A stretch of 64,000 nt of DNA from Nematocida ausubeli (taxonomy: Eukaryota). The stretch is from the NCBI RefSeq assembly GCF_000738915.1, contig NW_026515636.1, forward strand, positions 62,001 through 126,000, read 5' to 3'. Of this stretch, positions 20,313-29,865 are shown in pieces. The stretch's first letter is position 1, and every line of letters starts with the position of its first letter. Below the pieces are notes generated by a model that was not told the DNA's origin, did no database searches, and worked only from the letters and a program-made list of their open reading frames with translations. A program made the translations under genes and the position numbers.

Positions 20313-20567
20313 TTATTTAATGGGGTGAACTTTCTTTAATATAGCATCCTCTACCTCAAGAAATAGCTTTATTTTCTTAAGTGTGCAGCTTTTTACACAT
20401 GCCTGTTCTTTTTTCGATAGACTACCTGCCGGTTTTCCCATAAACTGATATTTGGAGGCTTTTACACACTCGTCAAAGCACATATTTGTTGTCTCTTCAA
20501 AAAACATTTTCAAATCCTCCTGTGCAGTATTCTGTCTGCTAACCCATCTCCAAACACTAGTAAGCAT
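20313..20567 (-). CDS. Small Tim (Tim9/Tim10/DDP-like) twin-CX3C chaperone
   Basis: 84 aa; TNMCFDECV...LSKKEQACVKSC matches the C-F-x-x-C ... L-x-x-x-E-x-x-C-x-x-x-C small-Tim pattern. Confidence 0.75.
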   Translation of the reverse strand: MLTSVWRWVSRQNTAQEDLKMFFEETTNMCFDECVKASKYQFMGKPAGSLSKKEQACVKSCTLKKIKLFLEVEDAILKKVHPIK

Positions 20568-20613
20568 TAAAAAAATGTCTGCATATTCTTTAAATAGAGA
20601 AAATAGTACTGTT

Positions 20614-21180
20614 TTACATGTTGTTCAATTCCTTTCTTTCTTTTTCAGCGCATTCCTCACGTCTCTTTTTAATCCATTTCTGGAGCTTATAAAGGAACTT
20701 CGGCGGCACTTCTCTATTGAGTCTGTCTCTTTTATTGGCAACTAGGCACCTTGCATAATACAGTACATATCTACCACAGTCAGAGCCGTTTTTCTGCTGT
20801 GTGCACTTGCTGCTGTATAAAACCTTCTTTACATGGCTGTGCAATAGAAGAACACTCGATATTTCTAGATGGCATGGCCGGAGTGAGTCAAAAACTTTGG
20901 CTGTTTCTTTTTTAACATCTATATAGCACAGCGACCAGTGGTTTTCACTGTACACAGGAAATATAATACTGTTAATTTTGCTGAGATCCAGCCCTTCTAT
21001 CCATTTGGAAATGCATTCCATTCCGCGAAGCCGAAGCGACTCAAAGTAGAAGCTGCTATATATTAGTGTGCTTATTTTGCTTTGTGGGGGAATAGGATAC
21101 CCCACCATAGCAGCATCTGGTGAAGAGTCGGCTATTATTTTTAGGGACAGATTAATATCCATATCATCTAGCCAATCCAT
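20614..21180 (-). CDS. Ulp1/SENP-family (C48) cysteine protease, catalytic domain only
   Basis: FPVYSENHWSL (His), VFDSL (Asp), QQKNGSDCG (Gln/Cys). Confidence 0.88.
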   Translation of the reverse strand: MDWLDDMDINLSLKIIADSSPDAAMVGYPIPPQSKISTLIYSSFYFESLRLRGMECISKWIEGLDLSKINSIIFPVYSENHWSLCYIDVKKETAKVFDSLRPCHLEISSVLLLHSHVKKVLYSSKCTQQKNGSDCGRYVLYYARCLVANKRDRLNREVPPKFLYKLQKWIKKRREECAEKERKELNNM

Positions 21181-21246
21181 TTAATTTTCTAAATTTCTTT
21201 ACATTTAAGTGCTTAAAAGTACAAAAGAAAGTATTTAAATATAAGA

Positions 21247-21540
21247 ATGAAATTTATAGTTGCGCGTGATGAGCTTAAAAAAGCCTCTATTTTAGAGTTT
21301 AAAGGAGAATTTGAGAAGTTAGATGATATAGAAATGGACATACAGGAAGACAAGATTCTATTTAAAACATCCTTCATAAAAAGCCAGAAGAAGGCAGTTG
21401 CAAAAAACATAATATTAAAAGTGCAGGATGGAAGAATAGAGCCGCACGCCATTGGCATTGAACACCTTTTGTTTGACAAGCCACCAAAATATATCAGTAA
21501 GTGTAAAAAAAGGATATTTCATAGAAAGAGCACCTTGTAA
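21247..21540 (+). CDS. CTF8: Ctf8-like subunit of the Ctf18-RFC clamp loader
   Basis: 97 aa; SILEFKGEFE near the N-terminus and LLFDKPPKYI near the C-terminus resemble the Ctf8 IELQG and IFKxRPKPI motifs. Confidence 0.55.
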   Translation: MKFIVARDELKKASILEFKGEFEKLDDIEMDIQEDKILFKTSFIKSQKKAVAKNIILKVQDGRIEPHAIGIEHLLFDKPPKYISKCKKRIFHRKSTL

Positions 21541-22544
21541 AAGCTCTAATAGGATCCAAATACACAGAGTCTTATAAAAGCTAGAGTGCATATTATTAAA
21601 AATACTGCGATTCAAGATCATTTGGATTTATGTGGTTAATAAAATGAATCAGATAAACTGCATACTATATTTCAAATAGTGTTTAGGGCAGATTCCCAAG
21701 GCATGCTGTGGTTCAGCTAGAGTAACTAGGAAATTCTATTAAAAGAGAGCTGCGCGCTGTAATAAACACAAAAGTATTATAGGAAAAATAAACCAGTCAA
21801 TTGAAAATGGCGTGCTGGATGCTACAAAGAGCAAAAATGCCATAAAATCCAAGATAAACTCATAAAAGAAGTAGTATTCAGAAATAACTAGAAGAAGATA
21901 ATAAATATTTAGGCTCCAAAATATCTTATCCTTGGCATGACCATATTCTCAGAGAACAATGCTTTCTTCACAGTGTTATATCATTGAATATCCCAAACTA
22001 TTAGAAAGACATGGCATATTTTCTTAAACTTAGCATCAAATTCCAGCTTTTATAGCTCTAATACATGTAAACAGACACCCCAAAACTGTCTAAAGAGTCC
22101 AGAATCCATCCGATAAGCTTATATTTCATTCTAGGTATATCTGGATATGCTGTGGAATTCCAGTATGGGCCTGGCTGGCTACAAACATGCAATGCTTCTT
22201 GCAAAATAGGTAGTAATATTAATATATTTACTCTACTTTTCTATGCCGTGCAGAGACACTGCAAAGTATAATCCAAATAGATGAATATCCAGCATAGACA
22301 AAGTAAATGCAAGTTTCCTACCGTGTGTATAGTAATATATGTGTGCGCAGGGCAGAATATATACTGGATTCACTCCAATATATTTTAGCACCTTGGATGT
22401 GTCCTAAAGAATAATAAAGCAGATAAATTATCGTCTATATGCTCTTTAAGTTTATAGCAATCGAATCCATCTAAAAAAACAGATATTGAATATGTGCACT
22501 TCTAGAAATTTGCAGAAAAGCCAACCGTCTTTATAAAAATTTAA

Positions 22545-24230
22545 ATGGAGCTAAGAACGAATAACTTGTCTAAGTCTGAGAAAGAAGTTCTAGGAATTGA
22601 ACGCATGGAGAGCTACTATAAGAGGATATTTCCAGAATATAAGGATATAATAGAGTGTCTGAAAGAGCCACTTCCTTGCACATTTAGAGTCACGCCGGGG
22701 CCATGGGCAGAAGTTCTTGAAGAGAAGCTTAAAAGCTATAAACTTATTAAAAAAGTATCTTGGGGGGACAGAATATATGAAATAGGTCTAGCAAGAAAGG
22801 ATCTTTCTAACAGAGGAATAAAGGAGAATGCAAAAGGACTGGACGTGATAGAGCTAGAGAAAACCCATCTGTTTTTGAAAACACACTCAGGGACATCTTC
22901 TATCACTAGACAGGAGGCAGTGTCTATGATTCCAGTAGCCGCGCTAGATGTCAAGCCCGATTCAATTGTCTTGGACATGTGTGCATCTCCTGGATCCAAG
23001 TCATCTCAGATACTTGAGGTGCTGGGAAAAAACAGCACTCTCATATGCAACGATATAAACTCGCGACGTGTTGCGCAGCTGGTCAAGCAAACCAAGCGAT
23101 TTATGCACCCGGGTCTTATAGTAACATGCAACGATGCCTCGGTATATCCAAGATGCGGAGTCACTCCAGACAGGGTTCTCTGCGATGTTCCATGCTCAGG
23201 GGACGGAACAATTAGAAAAAACAGACACATTTTCCAAAAGTGGAGCGTAAACGAGTTTATAGGGCTATACACAGTGCAGAAAAAGATCTTAAAGCGAGGT
23301 ATTGATATGCTGGAAGATGGCGGCATTCTTGTATACTCAACATGCTCACTCAATCCTGTGGAAAACGAAGTAGTTCTTCTATGCGTTTTAGAAGAGCGGC
23401 CAGATGTGGAGATCGTTCCCTTTGACATAAGTGGACTCAAAATGCGGGAAGGGCTGTGCGAAGAAAGAATTCTTGCTGCTTTAGAGTATCCAGGGCTTGA
23501 AAAGCGCATACCAAAGTGCAAGTACAGACAAGATGTGCAAAATGCAAGAAGAATTCTTCCAATGGACCAAAACACAGGAGGATTTTTCATTGCAAAGCTT
23601 CAGAAAAAAGCAAAGCCGAGTAATTCTATAGTAAAGGAGTCTTCTGCGCCTGCAGAAACACAAAATAGAGTAGGGCAGATTAGAGGAGAGAAAAATATTG
23701 ACGAATCGTACTTTTACTGGCTGGATTCAGAGAGGAAAAGTGTGATAGAAAGCCAGTGGGGTGCAAACAGCTTAGCGCTAATTGCAAAAACTGAGTTCTT
23801 TAAAAATGTGTATGGTGTGACAGAAGCATCTGTGCAGGTGCTTACGCGCGCACCACAGCCTCTGCGGGTAGTTTTTGCTGGGTGCAGGCTGTTTTCAGTT
23901 TTTGGCAGAGAGGACAAAGAGAATATTAAAAATAATAGATGGAGAGTGACATATGAAGGCATACCGAACCATGCAATTCCTGCAGATAAAATAGTAGAAG
24001 TAAGTACAGAAAGGCTTCTGTTAATTATTTTAAAAAAAACAGATGAAGAGATACAGGGCGAATATAAGAAAGGAATATTTATTCTCGCAGCATCTGATGC
24101 AATGATACAAGTTCGTGTTCCGTTTACATTCAACCAGGGTGAAATAGAAATACTTGTGGAAAGAGATCAAAAAGAAGCACTGGCAGAAGCACTTAAATTA
24201 ATACATACAAAGAGTGAAGAGATAATATAA
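22545..24230 (+). CDS. NCL1: tRNA (cytosine-5)-methyltransferase Trm4/Ncl1/NSUN2
   Basis: RQEAVSMIP, VLDMCASPGSKS, DRVLCDVPCSGDGT, YSTCSLNPVENE, RILPMDQNTGGFFIA. Confidence 0.95.
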   Translation: MELRTNNLSKSEKEVLGIERMESYYKRIFPEYKDIIECLKEPLPCTFRVTPGPWAEVLEEKLKSYKLIKKVSWGDRIYEIGLARKDLSNRGIKENAKGLDVIELEKTHLFLKTHSGTSSITRQEAVSMIPVAALDVKPDSIVLDMCASPGSKSSQILEVLGKNSTLICNDINSRRVAQLVKQTKRFMHPGLIVTCNDASVYPRCGVTPDRVLCDVPCSGDGTIRKNRHIFQKWSVNEFIGLYTVQKKILKRGIDMLEDGGILVYSTCSLNPVENEVVLLCVLEERPDVEIVPFDISGLKMREGLCEERILAALEYPGLEKRIPKCKYRQDVQNARRILPMDQNTGGFFIAKLQKKAKPSNSIVKESSAPAETQNRVGQIRGEKNIDESYFYWLDSERKSVIESQWGANSLALIAKTEFFKNVYGVTEASVQVLTRAPQPLRVVFAGCRLFSVFGREDKENIKNNRWRVTYEGIPNHAIPADKIVEVSTERLLLIILKKTDEEIQGEYKKGIFILAASDAMIQVRVPFTFNQGEIEILVERDQKEALAEALKLIHTKSEEII

Positions 24231-25076
24231 CCCGAAAGTTATAGAGGAAGATACAGCCAACCATATTCAACAGAACTTCCAGGTATATTATATAGGATTT
24301 TCTAAAAGAAAGCAGAAAAAAACCAATTTTAGCTATGCATTTCATATCAGAGTTTAGATTAATAAGTGAAGTAGTTAAGTAATTAAAATATAATATTCAT
24401 TATCTTGTAGGACAAGGTCAGCTATGGTATAATGCTCTATTGAGATAAAATTATCGCTCGCCAGAAACTGCTTGCTACTGTAGATGGTGATGAAATAAAA
24501 TGATGGTAATGGAAAAACCTTCCCTACTTCAATATCAGGTCCCAAGCCTAGATACATATATGATTTTGCAAAAGACACAAGAGTTAAGACAAATTCAGAG
24601 TAAAAGCAACAGTCCCAAAAATATTGTTAACATAATAATAAAAGCTTACTACTTAATACATGTTTGTTAAGACATACACATATTTCAATTTTAATAAACT
24701 CAAGCTAGCGAATAAACCTTTTACAACAGATATACTATGACTAGTTCGCACTTTGCATAGGTCAAATCGCTGCTACGCCACATTCAAGCTTTTTTTGTTC
24801 TTAGCCTGAGCTACATATGATATGGAGTAAGCACACATATGCGGGCTATGACATTTAGCTGTTCTTTTGCTGTGTGCACTGTTCTCTTGTTTTCTTCTAA
24901 TGTATTTTCTGTAATCAATGCTCTTTTAAATTCAATGAATTCTTCATACACACCGCATACGTTTATTGATCCGACACAATCCAAATTCTAGCTAAAACAC
25001 CTTTACAAAGCTTCTTCAAATAGCACAGCTAAAATTAAAACATTTTATTCATAGGAAATCTGCAGTAACCAGCTGT

Positions 25077-25237
25077 CAATATGCCAGTGTACAACTAAGA
25101 TAGCTGCACCAGAATTCTAGCCACTGCTCGTTAGTACACCCATAAGTACTATATTTTAAAATACCCTATTTATATAGACACATCTGCAAGAAGTATAAGA
25201 CACTTTTAAACTACTTTATTTATTAAAGCTTCCTTAC
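25077..25237 (-). repeat. Imperfect inverted repeat in the 3' flank of copy A (partner 32947..33105)
   Basis: Shared blocks aagctttaataaataaagtagtttaaaa, tatacttcttgcagatgtgtct, aaaatatagtactta and cttagttgtacactggcatattg. Confidence 0.9.
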
Positions 25238-25245
25238 CAATGGTT

Positions 25246-28200
25246 TTATATTAAATGAGATTGAATTTTTGAAAACTTTTCCATACTCTCCCTATCATTC
25301 TCAACACACACTATGTCTTTTATCTCTTTAAACAGATTTGGCCTATTTACAAACCACGTGTTACTACAATAACGTATATAGACACTATCATTTTTGAAGC
25401 TTTCTATATCAATTAAGTTATAGCATTCTTGTACTACATTAGACCATCCTGTATATTTAAATTTTTGTGCAGAGTAAATAATCCACAGCAAAGGCCGGTT
25501 GCCAAATCTCTTACAATCACTAGCTGTATACTTAGTTTCTACTCCCTCTATAGATTGAATAATTTTAAAAATATAGTCCATAATGGTTCCATTCAGTGTT
25601 AAAATCTTGATAAGCGAAGGCTCGCTCCGAATTATAGAGATCAGGTCTTCAGAAAAATCATTGCATTCGTAGTTATCATTACTATATTTTCTTTGCAAAC
25701 TAATCATTAAGTTAGTTAGTATATTGGCATACGTTGCCTGCGATAGAAATTTTATACTTTTTGCTAAGTATAATACTTCACGTATTGTGGATGGAATATA
25801 TTTTTCATCTATACTCTTGTCTATTCCTGTTAGCGGATGATGCTTATCTACTGGGATGTGACTAAGAAATATAAACATTGTATTTCTAATCTTACTATTC
25901 ATAAAGCAAGTACTGTGCAAGATGTTATCTGCTAGGCGTAAAAAAGGATGATTTTTGTCAAGTTTTTTTTCCATTCCATATAGAAGCAGCCCCCATACAT
26001 TTTTGTTTATATGATCCATCTTATGGATTAGAGGATTAAGCAGGAGAGTATCAACAATCCTGTACTCTTTTTCATACAAAAGAGTAGGACCCACATGTTT
26101 ATTCAGAGTCAAGGGATTCTTATTCTCTTCTTTGGGTTCACTTGTCTCGATACCTTTATCTTTATAGGAATTAAGCATCCCTATAATAGGCGATTCTAGA
26201 TTTTCTAAATCATAGTCTAAAAACAACCAAAACCTGCTTTTCCACGTTTTTAGTTCTTTTTTATTCGGGTCACTTTCAAGAGACATATCAAACTCATAGC
26301 AATGTGAGTAGTCCAAATGCAGATGACTCTTGTCATATTGTATTTTGAGTTTATTCCAAAAAAAATCCTCATGTCCTTCATTAAGAATCTTTTTAAATCT
26401 ATCTACTGAATGTATCAGAGCAGTTTTACTTAATGCAATTTCTGAAAATATTATATTCAGATAGTGAAGCGTTTTATTTTTTAGTTTACACTCCATCCAT
26501 CTACTAATATTTTTATAACGACTTACTAAACGATCCAAATCATCACTGTTTCTTTTTTGAATTATTATTTGTATCTTTTTCTCTATCTTAGCTGCTTCTT
26601 CTTTAGTTTTTGCATTTTTTTGTTTCATTTCAAGCACTTTTTTATGCTTCAGTTTTCTAATATAAATTATGTCTTTGATCTGCATGTCAACCTCATGCTT
26701 CGCTTTCTGGCTATATATTGTATCCAATTTATTAGACATGTCATAAAGACTCTTTATATCATCAATACTCTGGGTTTCTTCAACCAAATACAGTCTTCTT
26801 TTAAGCCTATCTATTTTCTTTATGGAACCCACTCCTGTTATCTCTTTAATAACATGCATCATGTTTATCATCCCAGGCATAAGCTGATTTCTGTCTGGTC
26901 GCATATAGCGAATTTTTGGATTAGGCAGGCCCCCCACTACTTTGTTCCAGTCATCGTGCATTTCCTTTCCTACTTGCTCACGCGCGCTCGAATATTTCTT
27001 GAAAAAGCTTTTCAGCTCCTCAGAGGCATGCTTTATGTGGTCAACACTGTATATATTCTTCACAATGTTATATGCGCTAGACAGTAGAAGGCCTAGAAGC
27101 ACTGTCTCTAAATGGTCAGTAAATCTAGGCGATAGTGTGGGCTTAGCATCCTCTTGAATATGCTTGTCATCTAGGGGATTTATTCCAGGTGCAGGAGAAG
27201 AAGCGCTCGAATTGTCCGTCTTTATTGGGACAGGAACAACATCTGAAGCTACACCTAGATATAAAAGATCATCGCAGTTATCCATATAATCATTGCGCAT
27301 AAATATTTTGTTCATATGAGTTATGTCTATCTTCTCTATATCAAATGGGCGATTTTCTTCTGACACTATGGATTTGAAAAAAGCATTGTGCCGTTTCTCA
27401 GCTATTTTTTTTTCTTTCTCCTTTATATACCTATCAGGTAGATGACAACTTATATAGTATCTTTTCACACTTTCTCTTGCAAGTTCGTCTTTCTGCTCTA
27501 TATACCTACTTATCAGATATCTTGCAATGTTTTCCATCTCCTCTTTTCTCAAGGATTCTTCTTTCTGTGGCATCCATTCGCCTAGCAAGCAATAGGCTGT
27601 ATGAATGAATAAAACTGCCTCCTTGGTAGTTTCTAGGCAGTGGTGTATATAGGTTTGTATAAGGAAGGCTGGGCTGTTTACAAACTGAACTTTCTCATGC
27701 ATATCACAGTCAGATGGCTTTGAGCTATCTTTCTCTTTTATAAAGACCTTATTTTTTCTGTTCTCTATAAAAAAGTTTATAACTTCAATTGCCTTTTGTT
27801 GGAGCACCTCTTCAAACACATCTGTAGACTCTGTTTCTTCTTTGCTAGTTTTGACCAACACATTCATGCTCACTCTGAAGTGCTCTTCTTCACTATTTGT
27901 CTTCCTCAGAACGAGCTCTGTTCTGTTATAACTTTTATTAAATGAGAGTGGTACACTCTTTCCCTCTGCAAGCATTAGCAATGAGGCAAGTATTTTGTGC
28001 TTATGCTCTTTTACATTAGCACTATTAATAAATGTATAGAAGGAGTCAATATCGTCTGACAATATGGACACACATTCACCTAGTGAGGGAAACATGTTAA
28101 GAAGCGTATTAAAGTACTCTTTTTTGTACTTGAGCAAGTCACCTTCATATAAAAGCTCATTATCATCACATACTTTGTCCAGACTGCAGTTTCGCTTAAA

Positions 28201-28602
28201 CCTATAAATAGTACGTTCACAACCAGTCTCTTCAAGTGGTATACAGTAGTCTAGCTTTATCTCAGGCGAAAAAAACCTCTTTCTGTACATAAACCCAATG
28301 TTTCTGGCTTCTTTTTTTAGCACTGGCATTATTATACTATCTGCGCTGTCTTCTTCTGTTTCTTCAGAAATAGCAGCAGCTTTTATCTGGACATCTCTTA
28401 GCCCATCTACTGTCAACACTCTGTTCCACACATGGCACAGTATAGCTACTCCAATGAGCATATATATCTTTGCTCTCCGGGCACCAGTTCCCTTCTCCTC
28501 TTGTCTTATCTTGTGAGTTTTTAAGTCTTCTGTTTCTACTTCTTTACTCTCTAATAGCTGGTTCTTTCTCTTCGAAAGATTAGACTTCATTATACTAAAC
28601 AT
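25246..28602 (-). CDS. Nematocida large-gene-family protein (NemLGF1-like), copy A
   Basis: 1118 aa with an N-proximal hydrophobic segment. Motifs KRFFSPEI, MFPS, ILASLLMLAEG, FVNSPAFLIQTYI and ETVLLGL are shared with the other two copies in the window. Confidence 0.8.
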   Translation of the reverse strand: MFSIMKSNLSKRKNQLLESKEVETEDLKTHKIRQEEKGTGARRAKIYMLIGVAILCHVWNRVLTVDGLRDVQIKAAAISEETEEDSADSIIMPVLKKEARNIGFMYRKRFFSPEIKLDYCIPLEETGCERTIYRFKRNCSLDKVCDDNELLYEGDLLKYKKEYFNTLLNMFPSLGECVSILSDDIDSFYTFINSANVKEHKHKILASLLMLAEGKSVPLSFNKSYNRTELVLRKTNSEEEHFRVSMNVLVKTSKEETESTDVFEEVLQQKAIEVINFFIENRKNKVFIKEKDSSKPSDCDMHEKVQFVNSPAFLIQTYIHHCLETTKEAVLFIHTAYCLLGEWMPQKEESLRKEEMENIARYLISRYIEQKDELARESVKRYYISCHLPDRYIKEKEKKIAEKRHNAFFKSIVSEENRPFDIEKIDITHMNKIFMRNDYMDNCDDLLYLGVASDVVPVPIKTDNSSASSPAPGINPLDDKHIQEDAKPTLSPRFTDHLETVLLGLLLSSAYNIVKNIYSVDHIKHASEELKSFFKKYSSAREQVGKEMHDDWNKVVGGLPNPKIRYMRPDRNQLMPGMINMMHVIKEITGVGSIKKIDRLKRRLYLVEETQSIDDIKSLYDMSNKLDTIYSQKAKHEVDMQIKDIIYIRKLKHKKVLEMKQKNAKTKEEAAKIEKKIQIIIQKRNSDDLDRLVSRYKNISRWMECKLKNKTLHYLNIIFSEIALSKTALIHSVDRFKKILNEGHEDFFWNKLKIQYDKSHLHLDYSHCYEFDMSLESDPNKKELKTWKSRFWLFLDYDLENLESPIIGMLNSYKDKGIETSEPKEENKNPLTLNKHVGPTLLYEKEYRIVDTLLLNPLIHKMDHINKNVWGLLLYGMEKKLDKNHPFLRLADNILHSTCFMNSKIRNTMFIFLSHIPVDKHHPLTGIDKSIDEKYIPSTIREVLYLAKSIKFLSQATYANILTNLMISLQRKYSNDNYECNDFSEDLISIIRSEPSLIKILTLNGTIMDYIFKIIQSIEGVETKYTASDCKRFGNRPLLWIIYSAQKFKYTGWSNVVQECYNLIDIESFKNDSVYIRYCSNTWFVNRPNLFKEIKDIVCVENDRESMEKFSKIQSHLI
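28350..28546 (-). repeat. 197-bp perfect inverted repeat, left arm (partner 29892..30088)
   Basis: Base-by-base comparison shows the reverse complement is identical to 29892..30088. Confidence 0.95.
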
Positions 28603-29027
28603 TCTATAGCTTACTTTTTGTTGTCTATTTATAGACCATAAAATTAGAAATTTATCAGTACTCTGTGCTTATAGTTAAAATTAATATACTTTTAATTAAA
28701 AGTATTCCCCAATTAACTCTAATTAATTTAATTTTAGCAGAAAAAAACAAAGCCTCTTATATTCTAGTAGTCTACAACGAAATCTTGGAAGGCAAAGACC
28801 AGCATACATCTGCATTTCTAACTCTGGGAAAGAATAGTTTACTATTGTGGTAAAAGCCTTCTCTTTTGCTCTTTGATAGACCAAGTCTTGCTCTATGTCT
28901 AAGCTATGAAGCTCAGCTTTAAGCATCTTAGAACCAATTTACCATTGTTCTTATTTAAAACCTTATAAAAACAGAAGAATTGACTGGCCCACGTGATCGT
29001 AATTTATTAGAGCACTGCCCACACTTC

Positions 29028-29237
29028 ATGAATACTATTCTAGTTTTAGAGAGAAATAAGACTATGCTATGCTCAGAAGACAATGAACAGAGTGTAGAAA
29101 AATACAACAAAGTATTAAAACAACTTGGAAGGCCGCACCCAGAAGCAACTGTCATAAAAAAGAGTTTATACCAATGGGTAAGAGAAATTGTGAGATCTTG
29201 TATTGCATGGATTAAGTCTTTTTTTAGAATAGATTAG
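29028..29237 (+). CDS. Small hypothetical protein (69 aa) with a C-terminal amphipathic helix
   Basis: ATG at 29028 preceded by GCCC; tail SLYQWVREIVRSCIAWIKSFF. Lies inside the spacer between the inverted repeats. Confidence 0.45.
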   Translation: MNTILVLERNKTMLCSEDNEQSVEKYNKVLKQLGRPHPEATVIKKSLYQWVREIVRSCIAWIKSFFRID

Positions 29238-29865
29238 ACAGCGGTTTATATCCACTTCTTTGTTTACAGTGATTGAGTGACTATTTTAGTAGCAATACTA
29301 CTTTGTATCTTTCTTTCTGCTATACAGAGTTTCAAATAAAAATATTTTAATAGAGTTGACTAAGCACATGACTCCAGCTTGGATATAGAACTAGATATTA
29401 TTTCTTAAGAAAGCTCATCTAGACAAGATTGCAATACGCATAACCAAACATAAGAGCATAACAAGACACACCACATGTCAACATCGCATGCATCTTATGT
29501 TCTCTTTATACATCAAATCTCTTGTTTGTACTGTATGCTAAACCACTTTGGATAGCGACAGTGCATGGATGGGTCTTTAAAATATGTCATTTTTTGGATT
29601 TTCCTGTGCTTTCCTCTTTTTTTTGAGAAAAACCCCTTCTACTTATATATTTGTATGTGAAGTGTGGAAGAGATATTAACATGAAATATAGGAAAAAAAT
29701 TCATAGATCGAAAAGTGCTCAAAACACTTAGAGTCTGATTTTTTACATGGAGTTAACTGCTAGATAGTTATCATTTTATTTTGGAAAACTCCGTAATAAA
29801 AAGAAATCTCTGATAAAGTGGGAATTTTCAAAAATATAAATATTGAAATTTTTTAGATAAGAAAT

